From: Micromonosporaceae bacterium
Lineage (GTDB): Bacteria > Actinomycetota > Actinomycetes > Mycobacteriales > Micromonosporaceae
Length of the DNA: 31,720 nt
Assembly (NCBI GenBank): GCA_017354595.1
Contig: JAFMQQ010000001.1
Coordinates: forward strand, 1 to 31,720
Direction: 5' to 3'
Made by a program: the position numbers and the translations under genes. The notes under the pieces are model-generated. The model did not search any database, was not told where the DNA came from, and saw only the letters and a list, made by a program, of their open reading frames with translations. Below, piece after piece: positions 1 to 8,733 of this stretch (the stretch's first letter is position 1; every line of letters starts with the position of its first letter).

Positions 1-1128
1 GTCGGGTTCCAGCTGAGCGGCGACTTCGACCGGGCTGGGCATGGCCCGGTGTTCGCGGTGGAGTTCGGCCGCGCCGGCCTGCAGATCCGGCAGGTCGTCG
101 AGGAACGAGTTGACCACGCGCGTCAGGCCAGCGTCGTCGAGGTCGGGCGGCTCGTACCGCCCGGCGCCGGCCGCCTCGACCAGCCGGGCATTGACGATGG
201 CGTCGGCCGCCGAGCCAATGATCAGCTGGGGTACGCCCGCACTGACCGCGGTCATCGTGGCCCCAGCGCCACCCTGGTGGATGATTCCGGCGCAGTCCCG
301 GGTCACCAGGTTGAGCGCCACCGGACCGAGGTGCACGACGTTGCCCGGCAACTCGCCGAACCGTTCGCGCTGCTCGTCGAGCACCGCCACCACCACCTCG
401 ACATCGCGCCCGGCCAGCGCGCGCACCACGGCCGGGGCACGAAAGGCGTCGTCCCAGCCCAGATAGTGGTGCGAACGGCCCCAGGTCACCACGATCCGCG
501 GCCGGGCCGGCGGATCGGTCAGCCACTGCGGCATCACCGCCGGCCCGTTGTACGCCACGTACCGCATCGGCCGGCGCACGAGCTCGTCCCGGGTGCGCAG
601 CCGGGGCGGGCACGGATCGAGCGTCACGTCGCCGAACGCCTGCTTGCCGAACAGTTCTTGCCGGGTGCCGAGCCCCTTGGCCTCCAGCTTGTCGGCGATC
701 GAGGCCATGTAGTCGGCGGCCCACAGCAGCCGCAGGGCCGGTACGTCCAGCTCGGCGGCCAGCCACGGACCCAGATACGCCATCGGCTCGTAGACCACGA
801 CATCCGGCCGCCAGTGCTGCGCGAAGCAGAACGTGTCCTTGGCCATCGCGTTCGTGCTCTGGATCGCCACGGCATTCGCCCGCTCGCCGCTGTGCCGGAT
901 GGCCGACTCGTCCGGAGAAAACTGCCGGTGGGCTTCGCGCATGAGGCCGCGTACGTCGAGGTCCTCGCCGACCGGAAGTGCGGCCAGCCCGGCAGCGGTG
1001 ATGGTCTTCGCGAAGGACGGGTGACTGGCGACTAGAACCTCGTGGCCGGCCGCACGCAGCGCCCAGGCAAACGGAACCATCGGCTGCAGATGGGAGTCCC
1101 AGGCCCACGTGATGAACAGTGCTCGCAT
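1..1128 (-). CDS. Family 1 (GT-B) natural-product glycosyltransferase GT-A; 3' end just off the window (not in the ORF track)
   Basis: Hand translation from ATG at 1128 gives MRALFITWAWDSHLQPMVPFAWALRAAGHEVLVASHP; the same frame at the window edge reads AMPSPVEVAAQLEPD, a typical GT C-terminus; GAGGGG lies upstream. Confidence 0.92.
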   Translation of the reverse strand, partial: MRALFITWAWDSHLQPMVPFAWALRAAGHEVLVASHPSFAKTITAAGLAALPVGEDLDVRGLMREAHRQFSPDESAIRHSGERANAVAIQSTNAMAKDTFCFAQHWRPDVVVYEPMAYLGPWLAAELDVPALRLLWAADYMASIADKLEAKGLGTRQELFGKQAFGDVTLDPCPPRLRTRDELVRRPMRYVAYNGPAVMPQWLTDPPARPRIVVTWGRSHHYLGWDDAFRAPAVVRALAGRDVEVVVAVLDEQRERFGELPGNVVHLGPVALNLVTRDCAGIIHQGGAGATMTAVSAGVPQLIIGSAADAIVNARLVEAAGAGRYEPPDLDDAGLTRVVNSFLDDLPDLQAGAAELHREHRAMPSPVEVAAQLEPD

Positions 1129-1169
1129 CCCCTCATGGTGGGGGCCTCCGCTCGAGAACCGGTCGTGCC

Positions 1170-1417
1170 GGGTCCGGCGGCACGGTCTATGACCATCGAC
1201 AGCCACCGCCGTACAGCGAAGACTCGCCGGTCCACGCGGTCGGCCGGTACGGCGCGGCCAAGCAGGCGCTGGAGGAGGGGTTGTCCGGCTGTGCCGGCGT
1301 GGCGCCCGGGTACCCACCTCACTGGCGCAACTGCTGGAGCACGTGGTGGGCCGCAACCCGGGGTGGTGGCGGGCGTGGCACGGGCCGGACGTCCCGCCGC
1401 AAGCCGGCACCGCTTGA
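1170..1417 (+). pseudogene. Relic of an NAD-dependent (extended SDR) sugar epimerase/reductase
   Basis: GSGGTVYDHRQPPPYSEDSPVHAVGRYGAAKQALE contains the S..VY...E.SP...YxxxK pattern (Tyr at 1248); a second frame from 1310 reads VPTSLAQLLEHVVG to TGA at 1415-1417; no Rossmann N-terminus and no start codon. Confidence 0.5.
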
Positions 1418-1496
1418 CCGGGACACGGGAGGCGTGCGAGCGACCCCGGCCAGCATCGACGAACAGTTCGTTGTCACCACCAGATTGGAGAAGGGC

Positions 1497-2234
1497 GTGC
1501 TGGCCGAAACCATGGCTCGTGCCGGACAGGCACTGATCGGGGACACCCCACCCAACGGAAAGCGCTACTGGGCGGCCCGCTTCTGGGACCGCGACTCGGC
1601 CGAACGGCACCCCGTGCTCGCCGGCGACTTCCTCAGCCAGAAGAACACCATCGCGCGCTACCTGCAGACCTACGCCGCCGGCGCGCACACCTCGGTCGAG
1701 TTCGCCTGCGGCACCGGCGAGTTCACCCGGCTCACCGCGCTGCACACGAACGTCGCTACCATGCGCACACTGGACATCTCCGCGCGGGCACTGGAGATCG
1801 CCCGCAACCGGGTCGACCATCCCGACCTGCAGTTGGTGCAGGGCGACTTCTGGGCCGACAACGGGCTGGAGCCTTCCGACCTGGTGGTCTGTGTCGACGC
1901 GATCCACCACCTGGGCGACATCCGCGAGGTCCTGACCCGGCTGCGGACCTTCGTCAAGCCCGGCGGTACCTTCATCGGCAACGTGTTCACTGTGGACAAC
2001 TTCCACGAGTTTGAGCGTCGCCGCTACGGTCGGCTGGAGCACACGTGGCGCACCGCGCTGTTCCTCGGTACGGCGATGGCGGTCAAGCTCTCCGCGGGCA
2101 AGCTCTACACCGGCTCGCACCGCACTCAGCTCAAGCCAGGCGCGTACACCGTCAACCTGCTCGGCGAGATCTTCGATGAGGTTCTCGAGGTCACCGTTGA
2201 CCCGTACTTCACCGCCTTCGCCTGCCGGGCCTGA
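1497..2234 (+). CDS. Class I SAM-dependent methyltransferase
   Basis: Motif I VEFACGTGEF, acidic LDIS, DLVVC..AIHH, KPGG; start reassigned to GTG 1497 (GGAG-AAGGG upstream), alternative ATG 1512. Confidence 0.85.
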   Translation: MLAETMARAGQALIGDTPPNGKRYWAARFWDRDSAERHPVLAGDFLSQKNTIARYLQTYAAGAHTSVEFACGTGEFTRLTALHTNVATMRTLDISARALEIARNRVDHPDLQLVQGDFWADNGLEPSDLVVCVDAIHHLGDIREVLTRLRTFVKPGGTFIGNVFTVDNFHEFERRRYGRLEHTWRTALFLGTAMAVKLSAGKLYTGSHRTQLKPGAYTVNLLGEIFDEVLEVTVDPYFTAFACRA

Positions 2235-2257
2235 CCGGCCGGCCGAGAGGGGTAGCT

Positions 2258-3319
2258 ATGAGGATTCTGGTGACCGGCGGCGCCGGTTTCATCGGCCGGC
2301 GCATCGTCGAAGAACTGGTCGCCGCCGGACACCAGGTTCGGGTGTTGGATGTGCTGTTGCCCGACACCCACCCGGTACCGCGGCCGCCGGCGTTCCCGGA
2401 CGGCGTCGAGTTCATCCGCGGCGATGTGCGGGACACCGCGACCGTGGTCGCCGCGCTGCGCGGCGTCGACCTGGTCAGCCACCAGGCCGCGGTGGTCGGA
2501 CGGGGTCGGGAGATCCTGGACGCCGCGCACCACGTCTCCTGCAACGACCTGGGTACGGCGGTGCTGCTGGCCGCGATGGCCGAGCGCGGGCCGAACCGGT
2601 TGCTGCTCGGCTCGACCGTGGCCCTCTACGGCGACAGCCGGTACGACTGCCGCGAACACGGCCGGGTCCGGCCCAACCGGCGTAGCCGCACCGACCTGGA
2701 GGCCGGCCGGTACGAACCCACCTGTGTCGAGTGTGGACAGCCGCTGGTCTCCAGCGCGGTGACCGAGGAGGACCACATCGACCCGCCCCGCAACATCTAC
2801 GCGGTGACCAAGCTGGCGCAGGAGTACCTGACCGCCACCTGGGCGCGGGAGACCGGCGGCTGCGCGGTGGCGCTGCGGTACCACAACGTCTACGGGCCCG
2901 ACATTCCCTACCAGAGCCCGTACTCCGGCGTCGTCGCGGTGTTCCGCAGCGCGGTGGCGCGTGGCGAGGCACCCGAGCTGTACGAGGACGGCGGCTCGCT
3001 GCGCGACTTCGTCCACGTCAAGGATGTGGCCGCCGCGCACCTGGCGGCGCTGTCCTGGGCCGAGCCTGGCTGGCGCGCGTTCAACGTGGCCAGCGGCGTA
3101 CCGCACTCCATCGGTGACGTGGCCCGGGCACTGGCCGCCGCGGCGGGCGGCCCGCCGCCGGTGGTGACCGGCGCATACCGGATCGGCGACGTGCGGCACA
3201 TCGTCGCGTCGCCGGCCCGGATCCAGGCCGAGCTCGGCTGGCGGCCGAGCATCGACTTCGAGACCGGGATGAAGGAGTTCGCGCTGGCACCGATGCGCGG
3301 CGGACCGGAGGGACGCTAA
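2258..3319 (+). CDS. NAD-dependent epimerase/dehydratase (extended SDR, probable NDP-sugar epimerase)
   Basis: TGGAGFIG, YAVTK, RYHNVYGP, RDFVHV motifs; RBS GAGAGGGG. Confidence 0.9.
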   Translation: MRILVTGGAGFIGRRIVEELVAAGHQVRVLDVLLPDTHPVPRPPAFPDGVEFIRGDVRDTATVVAALRGVDLVSHQAAVVGRGREILDAAHHVSCNDLGTAVLLAAMAERGPNRLLLGSTVALYGDSRYDCREHGRVRPNRRSRTDLEAGRYEPTCVECGQPLVSSAVTEEDHIDPPRNIYAVTKLAQEYLTATWARETGGCAVALRYHNVYGPDIPYQSPYSGVVAVFRSAVARGEAPELYEDGGSLRDFVHVKDVAAAHLAALSWAEPGWRAFNVASGVPHSIGDVARALAAAAGGPPPVVTGAYRIGDVRHIVASPARIQAELGWRPSIDFETGMKEFALAPMRGGPEGR

Positions 3320-4533
3320 TGCTGCGGGTAGCCATCGCCGGGGCCGGTATCGGCGGCCTGTGCCTGGCACAGGGCCTGCGCCGGGCAGGCATCGAGGCGA
3401 GCGTGTACGAGCGGGACCCGGCGGCGCTGGCCCGCGGGCAAGGGTACCGGCTGCGCCTGGACCACCAGGGCCACGACGCGCTGCGCACGTGCCTACCCCC
3501 GGACCTGTTCGCGCTGCACGAGGCGACCGCCAACGCGCCGTACATGTCCAGCGGCAGTGTCTACGACCACCAGCTGAACCTGCTCTACGCCCACCAGCGC
3601 CGCGACGCCCCGCTGGACCCGGCCACCGCGAGCCGCGGAGTCAACCGGCTCACCGTGCGCCAGATCCTGCTCACCGGCATTCCTGTCCACTTTGGACGGA
3701 CAGTGGTCGGCGTGCGCAGCGGGACGGACCGGGCCTGGCTGGACTTCGCCGACGGCAGCACCGTCTGCGCCGACCTGGTGATCGGTGCAGATGGCATCAA
3801 CTCGATGGTCCGCCGGAACCTGGCGCCCGATGCCGGGCTGGTCGACACCGGACTGCGCGCCATCTACGGGCAGTCCCCGCTCGTCGAGGAACTCGTCGAG
3901 CGCCTGCCCGGCCCGCTGTTCGGCGGATCCTCGCCGGTGCTCGGGCCGCACCGGCAGACCCTGGCGCTCGGCTCATACCAGCCGGTAGTACCGCACGCCG
4001 AGGCGGTGGCCCGCACCGCGCCCCACGCCCGGCTGGATTCCTTCCCGGACTACATGAAGTGGACTCTGGTGGCACCGGCCCACCAGTTCGCGCTGCGCGG
4101 CCCGGCGCTGTGGCGGGCCAGCGCGCGGCGGCTGCATGAGCAGGCCCGGCAGTGCACCGCAGACTGGCATCCCGCCCTGGCCATGCTGGTCGAGCGGGCC
4201 GAGATCCCGGTGACCTTCCCGCTTGCGATCCGGGCCAGCGCGCCGCCGGACTGGCCGTCCGGGCGGGTCACTCTGCTCGGTGACGCCGCGCACGCGACCA
4301 CCCCGGTCGGCGGTACCGGAGCTAACACCGCGCTGCGCGACGCCGCGCTGCTCACCCAGCGACTGCGCCGGGTCATCGAGGGGAGGCTGCACCTCTCCGA
4401 GGCGGTACGCGGATATGAGGAACAGATGCGTGACTACGGCAGCACCGCGGTACGCAATTCGTTGCGCGGCGCGCAGAAGATCTTCCGGGCCGACCCCGCC
4501 GAGTTCAGCTCGGCACTGGTCGGCGTCGGCTGA
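3319..4533 (+). CDS. FAD-dependent monooxygenase (aromatic hydroxylase family)
   Basis: GAGIGG FAD motif, GADG, LLGDAAH..TP..GTGANTALRDA; start overlaps the upstream stop. Confidence 0.9.
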   Translation: MLRVAIAGAGIGGLCLAQGLRRAGIEASVYERDPAALARGQGYRLRLDHQGHDALRTCLPPDLFALHEATANAPYMSSGSVYDHQLNLLYAHQRRDAPLDPATASRGVNRLTVRQILLTGIPVHFGRTVVGVRSGTDRAWLDFADGSTVCADLVIGADGINSMVRRNLAPDAGLVDTGLRAIYGQSPLVEELVERLPGPLFGGSSPVLGPHRQTLALGSYQPVVPHAEAVARTAPHARLDSFPDYMKWTLVAPAHQFALRGPALWRASARRLHEQARQCTADWHPALAMLVERAEIPVTFPLAIRASAPPDWPSGRVTLLGDAAHATTPVGGTGANTALRDAALLTQRLRRVIEGRLHLSEAVRGYEEQMRDYGSTAVRNSLRGAQKIFRADPAEFSSALVGVG

Positions 4534-5758
4534 CGCCGACCAGTGTCCAAAGCTGCTCAACCACGTCCGCCGGTGCCGGCAGGGCGAGCGCCTCGTCCCG
4601 CAGCCGGCGCGCCGCGGCGGCGTACCCCGGATCCGACAGCAACTGCAGCACCGCCGCGCGGATCCCCTGCGCGTCCGCCTCCGCGGCCCGCAGGTGGATG
4701 CCCGCGCCGGTTGCCGCCAGCTGGTTCGCAATGAAGATGGTGTCCTGCGACATCGGGATGGTCAGCTGCGGCACCCCGCAGACCACCGACGACATGGTGG
4801 TCCCGCTGCCGCTCTGGTGCACCACGGCAGCGCAGGTGGGCAGCAGCATCCGCAGCGGTACGGGTCCACAATGGACCACATTGGGCGGCAGCTCACCGAG
4901 CGTCTCCCGTTGGCTGGGCAGCGCGGCCACAACCACCTCCACGTCCAGCCCGGCGAGCGCGGCGAGCACCCGCGGAGCAAGATAGGTGTCGAGCAACCCT
5001 AGATTGTGGATGGTGGTTCCCCAGGTGACGCATACCCTGGGACGGCCACCGGTGGACAGCCGGCCGAGCCAGGTGGGTACCGTCATCGGCCCGTTGTAGG
5101 TGACGTACCGGATCGGGTGACGGCGGATCGCGTCGCGGACCTGCAGCCGCGGCGGGCACGGGTCGAGGGTGACCGTGCCGGTGATGTCCACATCGGAGAG
5201 TCCGAAGGGGGCGACCACCGGTCCCAGGATGCGCGCCGAGATGCCCTGCATCGGCGCGCAGAGGTCCGGCGCCCAGAGTTGGCGAACGGTCGGGATGCCC
5301 AGGATCGCGGCGACCACCGGCCCGACGAACCCGGTCGGCTCGAAGACCACCAGGTGCGGTCGCCAGTCCCGGGCGAAGCCCAGCACATCGTCGAGCATGT
5401 CCGCGGTGCCGTCCAGCACCACCCGCAGCATCTGCCTGCCCAACTGGTTATGCGCCAGGTCCCGGTTGCGCCGCCCGGGTGGCGGCGCAACCGGCGCGCC
5501 CCGCGATTCTGGGTGCTCGAAGGTGGCGGCGGCACGCTCCTCGGGCGAGAGCTGGGCGAATCGGCGGCGCAGCTGTTCGCTCACGTCCACCTCCGGGCCG
5601 GCCGGCAGCGCGGTCAGGCCGGAGTCGGTGATGGTGCGGGCGAAGGGCGGCGGGGCGGCGACCACCACCTGGTGCCCGGCCGCCTGCAGTGCCCAACCGA
5701 GCGGCACCAGCGGCTGGTAGTGCCCGCTCTGCGCCCAGGTGGTGAACAACACCCGCAT
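4505..5758 (-). CDS. Family 1 glycosyltransferase GT-B
   Basis: MRVLFTTWAQSGHYQPLVPLGWALQAAGH, WRPHLVVFEP, LDPCPP, VHQSGSGT..S....GVPQL. Confidence 0.93.
   Translation of the reverse strand: MRVLFTTWAQSGHYQPLVPLGWALQAAGHQVVVAAPPPFARTITDSGLTALPAGPEVDVSEQLRRRFAQLSPEERAAATFEHPESRGAPVAPPPGRRNRDLAHNQLGRQMLRVVLDGTADMLDDVLGFARDWRPHLVVFEPTGFVGPVVAAILGIPTVRQLWAPDLCAPMQGISARILGPVVAPFGLSDVDITGTVTLDPCPPRLQVRDAIRRHPIRYVTYNGPMTVPTWLGRLSTGGRPRVCVTWGTTIHNLGLLDTYLAPRVLAALAGLDVEVVVAALPSQRETLGELPPNVVHCGPVPLRMLLPTCAAVVHQSGSGTTMSSVVCGVPQLTIPMSQDTIFIANQLAATGAGIHLRAAEADAQGIRAAVLQLLSDPGYAAAARRLRDEALALPAPADVVEQLWTLVGVSRRRPVPS
4514..4545. terminator. Perfect 14-bp inverted repeat at convergent gene ends, possible bidirectional terminator
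   Basis: CACTGGTCGGCGTC-ggct-GACGCCGACCAGTG, spanning the overlapping 3' ends of the monooxygenase and GT-B. Confidence 0.55.
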
Positions 5759-5865
5759 GATGACTCCTGTCCGGTGCGCTCAGGTTTCGTCGGCGTCGGC
5801 GCGGGAGAAGACCACACCGGCATGGGAGGTCAGCGGACCGGCCAGCCGGGGCGCGATGCCGTTCA

Positions 5866-6327
5866 TCAGCACCACCGGCCGTCGGCCATCACCGTACGGC
5901 TGTCCATCTCGGATGGTCCGCGCCAGGCGAGCATCCGGTACGGCCGGAGGTGCACCACGATCGCCCCGGGCACCCGGTGCGGGTCCAGTGGCAGCCGGTC
6001 AAGCAGCTGGGCCAGTTGCGGATCGGCCTGGGCCGGCTCGGAGAAGCTCACCGTCGCGTCGGCCAGAACCACGTCCCGGGTCGAGCCGAGCGCTGCCCGG
6101 GCGCGACCACTGCGCCGAAGGTTGCGTACCGTCCGGCTGTCCCGCTCGGTGAGCAGCACGAGCTGTGCGCCGTCCCAGGCGTAGGCGAGGGGGATCAGGT
6201 GCGGGCGCCGGTCGCCGGCGGTGGCGAGCCAGAGGTGCCGCTCCTGGGCGAGCATGGCCTGCACGTCGGCCCGGCGCTGGTCGGCGTCGCGGGCCGGGGC
6301 CAGTGTCGGGTTCTGCGGTGGTCGCAC
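5866..6327 (-). CDS. Pyridoxamine 5'-phosphate oxidase-like split-barrel flavin/F420-binding protein
   Basis: LWLAT.GDRRPHLIPL.Y.WDG, SRTVRNLR; GTG start with AAGGGAG RBS. Confidence 0.75.
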   Translation of the reverse strand: MRPPQNPTLAPARDADQRRADVQAMLAQERHLWLATAGDRRPHLIPLAYAWDGAQLVLLTERDSRTVRNLRRSGRARAALGSTRDVVLADATVSFSEPAQADPQLAQLLDRLPLDPHRVPGAIVVHLRPYRMLAWRGPSEMDSRTVMADGRWC

Positions 6328-6421
6328 CGGTGGCTCCCTTCAGTTGGATGCCCGATGGTTGCCCCGGCGGGTCCAGCGGTTCTTGAGCCGTGGTTGGGTG
6401 CGCCGGGGTGCACTGCTGGGC

Positions 6422-7399
6422 ATGACACCTACCGCGGTCGTACTCGGCGGGACCGGCTTCCTCGGCCGCCACGTCTGCGCGGCGCTGCGCCGACACGCCT
6501 ACCGGGTGGTGGCCGTCGGCCGCACAGCGCGAGTGGTGCCCGGGTGTCCGGTGTGGACGCTCGACGCGGCGGCCGACCCGGGCCGACTCGCGAACCTGCT
6601 CGCCGGGCAGGAGCCGAGCGTGGTCGTCAACGCCGCCGGCGCTGTGTGGGGCCGAGACGGCGAAGGCCGGGCGCTGGTCGACGGAAACGTCACCACGGTG
6701 GCGAACCTCATCGCGGCCGCCACCGTCCAGCGGCGACCACCACGCCTGGTGCACCTCGGCTCTGTCTACGAGTACGGCCAGCAGCCGCCCGGCGTGCGCA
6801 TCTACGAGCAGACCCCGGCGTGCCCGTGCGGCGGGTACCCGCAGAGCAAGCTGCGCGGCACCGAGCTGGTGCTCGCCGCGCCGCCCACACTGCGTCCGCT
6901 CGTCCTCCGCCTGTCCACTGTGGTCGGACCGGGGGCACCGGAGCAGAGCCTCTTCGGCGGCATCCTCAAGCAGCTGGCGGCGGCCGGGCCACCCGGTCCG
7001 GTACCGTTGCGGCTGCCGGCGCTGCGCGGCTGCCGTGACTTCATCGACGTGCGGGATGTCAGCGATGCCGTGGTCCGGGCCTGCCGCAGCACGGCGACCG
7101 GAGTACTCAACGTGGCCAGCGGCGTGCCCTACCCGGTCGCCGCCGCTGTCGACGCCCTCATCGAAACCACCGGCCTGCCCGTGCTGCGCCTCGCCGCACC
7201 CGCCGGGACCCGCGGCAGCCCCGTGCGCCGAGACGCCGGCATCGGCACCCAACTGATCAGCGTCGGCGCGGCACGCGCCCGGCTCGGCTGGCGCCCCCAT
7301 TACAGCCTGACACAGGCTCTCGAGCACCTCTGGCGGCACCAGCAGATCACCAGCCGCACCAGTGCGGTCGCGGTTACAGCTGAGGGGAGCCGACGATGA
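6422..7399 (+). CDS. NDP-hexose 4-ketoreductase-like extended SDR (UrdZ3/LanZ3-like)
   Basis: VLGGTGFLG, VNAAG, HLGSVYEYG, YPQSK, RDFIDVRDV; start moved to ATG 6422; coupled to the 3,4-dehydratase. Confidence 0.8.
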   Translation: MTPTAVVLGGTGFLGRHVCAALRRHAYRVVAVGRTARVVPGCPVWTLDAAADPGRLANLLAGQEPSVVVNAAGAVWGRDGEGRALVDGNVTTVANLIAAATVQRRPPRLVHLGSVYEYGQQPPGVRIYEQTPACPCGGYPQSKLRGTELVLAAPPTLRPLVLRLSTVVGPGAPEQSLFGGILKQLAAAGPPGPVPLRLPALRGCRDFIDVRDVSDAVVRACRSTATGVLNVASGVPYPVAAAVDALIETTGLPVLRLAAPAGTRGSPVRRDAGIGTQLISVGAARARLGWRPHYSLTQALEHLWRHQQITSRTSAVAVTAEGSRR

Positions 7400-8733
7400 C
7401 ACGAGAGAGACCTTCGATGGACGAGCCGGGGCGGCAGCTCATCCTGGAACAGACCCGCAAGCTGCACCGGGTCCGTGCCGGCGACAACGCCTTCATCCCG
7501 GGCCGGACCCCGATCCTGCCCTCCGGCGCCGTTCTGGACGAGGACGACCGGGCCGCGCTGGTCGAGCAGGCGCTCGACCTGCACATCGCCGCGGGCGCCG
7601 CCGCACTGCGCTTCGAACGGCTCTTCGCCCGCACCCTGGGGCTACGCAAGGCGCACCTGACCAACTCCGGCTCCTCCGCAAACCTGCTCGCCGTCGCGGC
7701 ACTGTGCTCCCCGCAGCTGGGCGACCGGCGGCTGCGCCCCGGCGACGAGGTGATCACCGTCGCCGCCAGCTTCCCCACCACCGTCAACCCGATCCTGCAA
7801 CACGGCCTGGTACCGGTCTTCGTCGACATCGACATACCGACATACAACACAACCGTCGACCGGGTCGCCGCCGCGATCGGCCCACACACCCGGGCCATCA
7901 TGATGGCGCACGCACTAGGCAACCCGTTCCCCGTCGCCGAGATCGCCGAGATCGCCCGCGAGCACGACCTGTACCTCATCGAGGACAACTGCGACGCCGT
8001 CTTCTCCACCTACCAGGGCCGCTACACCGGAACCTTCGGCGACCTGGCCACCGTCAGCTTCTACCCGGCACACCACATCACCATGGGCGAGGGCGGCTGC
8101 CTGCTCACCAACCGCCTGGACCTGGCTCGCATCGCCGAATCCATCCGCGACTGGGGACGAGACTGCTGGTGCGAACCCGGCGAAGACGACCGGTGCCACA
8201 AACGGTTCGACCACACCATGGGCACCCTGCCGCACGGGTACGACCACAAATACATCTTCTCCGAGGTGGGATACAACCTGAAAACCACCGACCTGCAAGC
8301 CGGCCTCGGGTTGAGCCAACTCGCCAAGCTGCCCGACTTCACCGCCACCCGACGACGCAACTGGCGCATGCTGCGCGACCGGCTCGCCGGACTGCCCGGC
8401 CTGATCCTGCCCGAGCCCACCCCGGACAGCGACCCCAGCTGGTTCGGCTTCGCCATCACCGTCGCACCGCAGGCACCCTTCGACCGGCGAGAGATCGTCC
8501 GGTTCCTGGAATCCCGACGCATCGGCACCCGGCTGCTGTTCGCCGGCAACCTGACCCGCCACCCAGCCTACCGGCACCAGCGGTACCGCATCGCCGACAA
8601 CCTGCACAACAGCAACCTGGTCGCCGAGCAGACCTTCTGGATCGGCGTCTACCCAGGAATCACCAGCGAAATGCTCGACTACATGATCGAGTCCATCACC
8701 GACTTCGTGACGGAGCGGTCATGCGGGTGCTGA
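7396..8733 (+). CDS. rfbH: NDP-hexose 3,4-dehydratase (PMP-dependent, RfbH/UrdQ/SpnQ family)
   Basis: NSGSSANLLA, EDNCDA, SFYPAHHITMGEGG (His in place of the aminotransferase Lys), WGRDCWC, YDHKY, RLLFAGNL. Confidence 0.93.
   Translation: MTRERPSMDEPGRQLILEQTRKLHRVRAGDNAFIPGRTPILPSGAVLDEDDRAALVEQALDLHIAAGAAALRFERLFARTLGLRKAHLTNSGSSANLLAVAALCSPQLGDRRLRPGDEVITVAASFPTTVNPILQHGLVPVFVDIDIPTYNTTVDRVAAAIGPHTRAIMMAHALGNPFPVAEIAEIAREHDLYLIEDNCDAVFSTYQGRYTGTFGDLATVSFYPAHHITMGEGGCLLTNRLDLARIAESIRDWGRDCWCEPGEDDRCHKRFDHTMGTLPHGYDHKYIFSEVGYNLKTTDLQAGLGLSQLAKLPDFTATRRRNWRMLRDRLAGLPGLILPEPTPDSDPSWFGFAITVAPQAPFDRREIVRFLESRRIGTRLLFAGNLTRHPAYRHQRYRIADNLHNSNLVAEQTFWIGVYPGITSEMLDYMIESITDFVTERSCGC

Noticed and set aside
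1119-1496. Epimerase-methyltransferase fusion suggested by the 371-aa ORF
   Set aside because: The epimerase-like part is fragmentary and shifts frame, the ORF start overlaps the GT-A start on the other strand, and a good RBS precedes GTG 1497
7362-8720. Apparent 852-aa N-terminally extended glycosyltransferase
   Set aside because: The upstream part overlaps the 3,4-dehydratase in another frame; GT homology starts at ATG 8721
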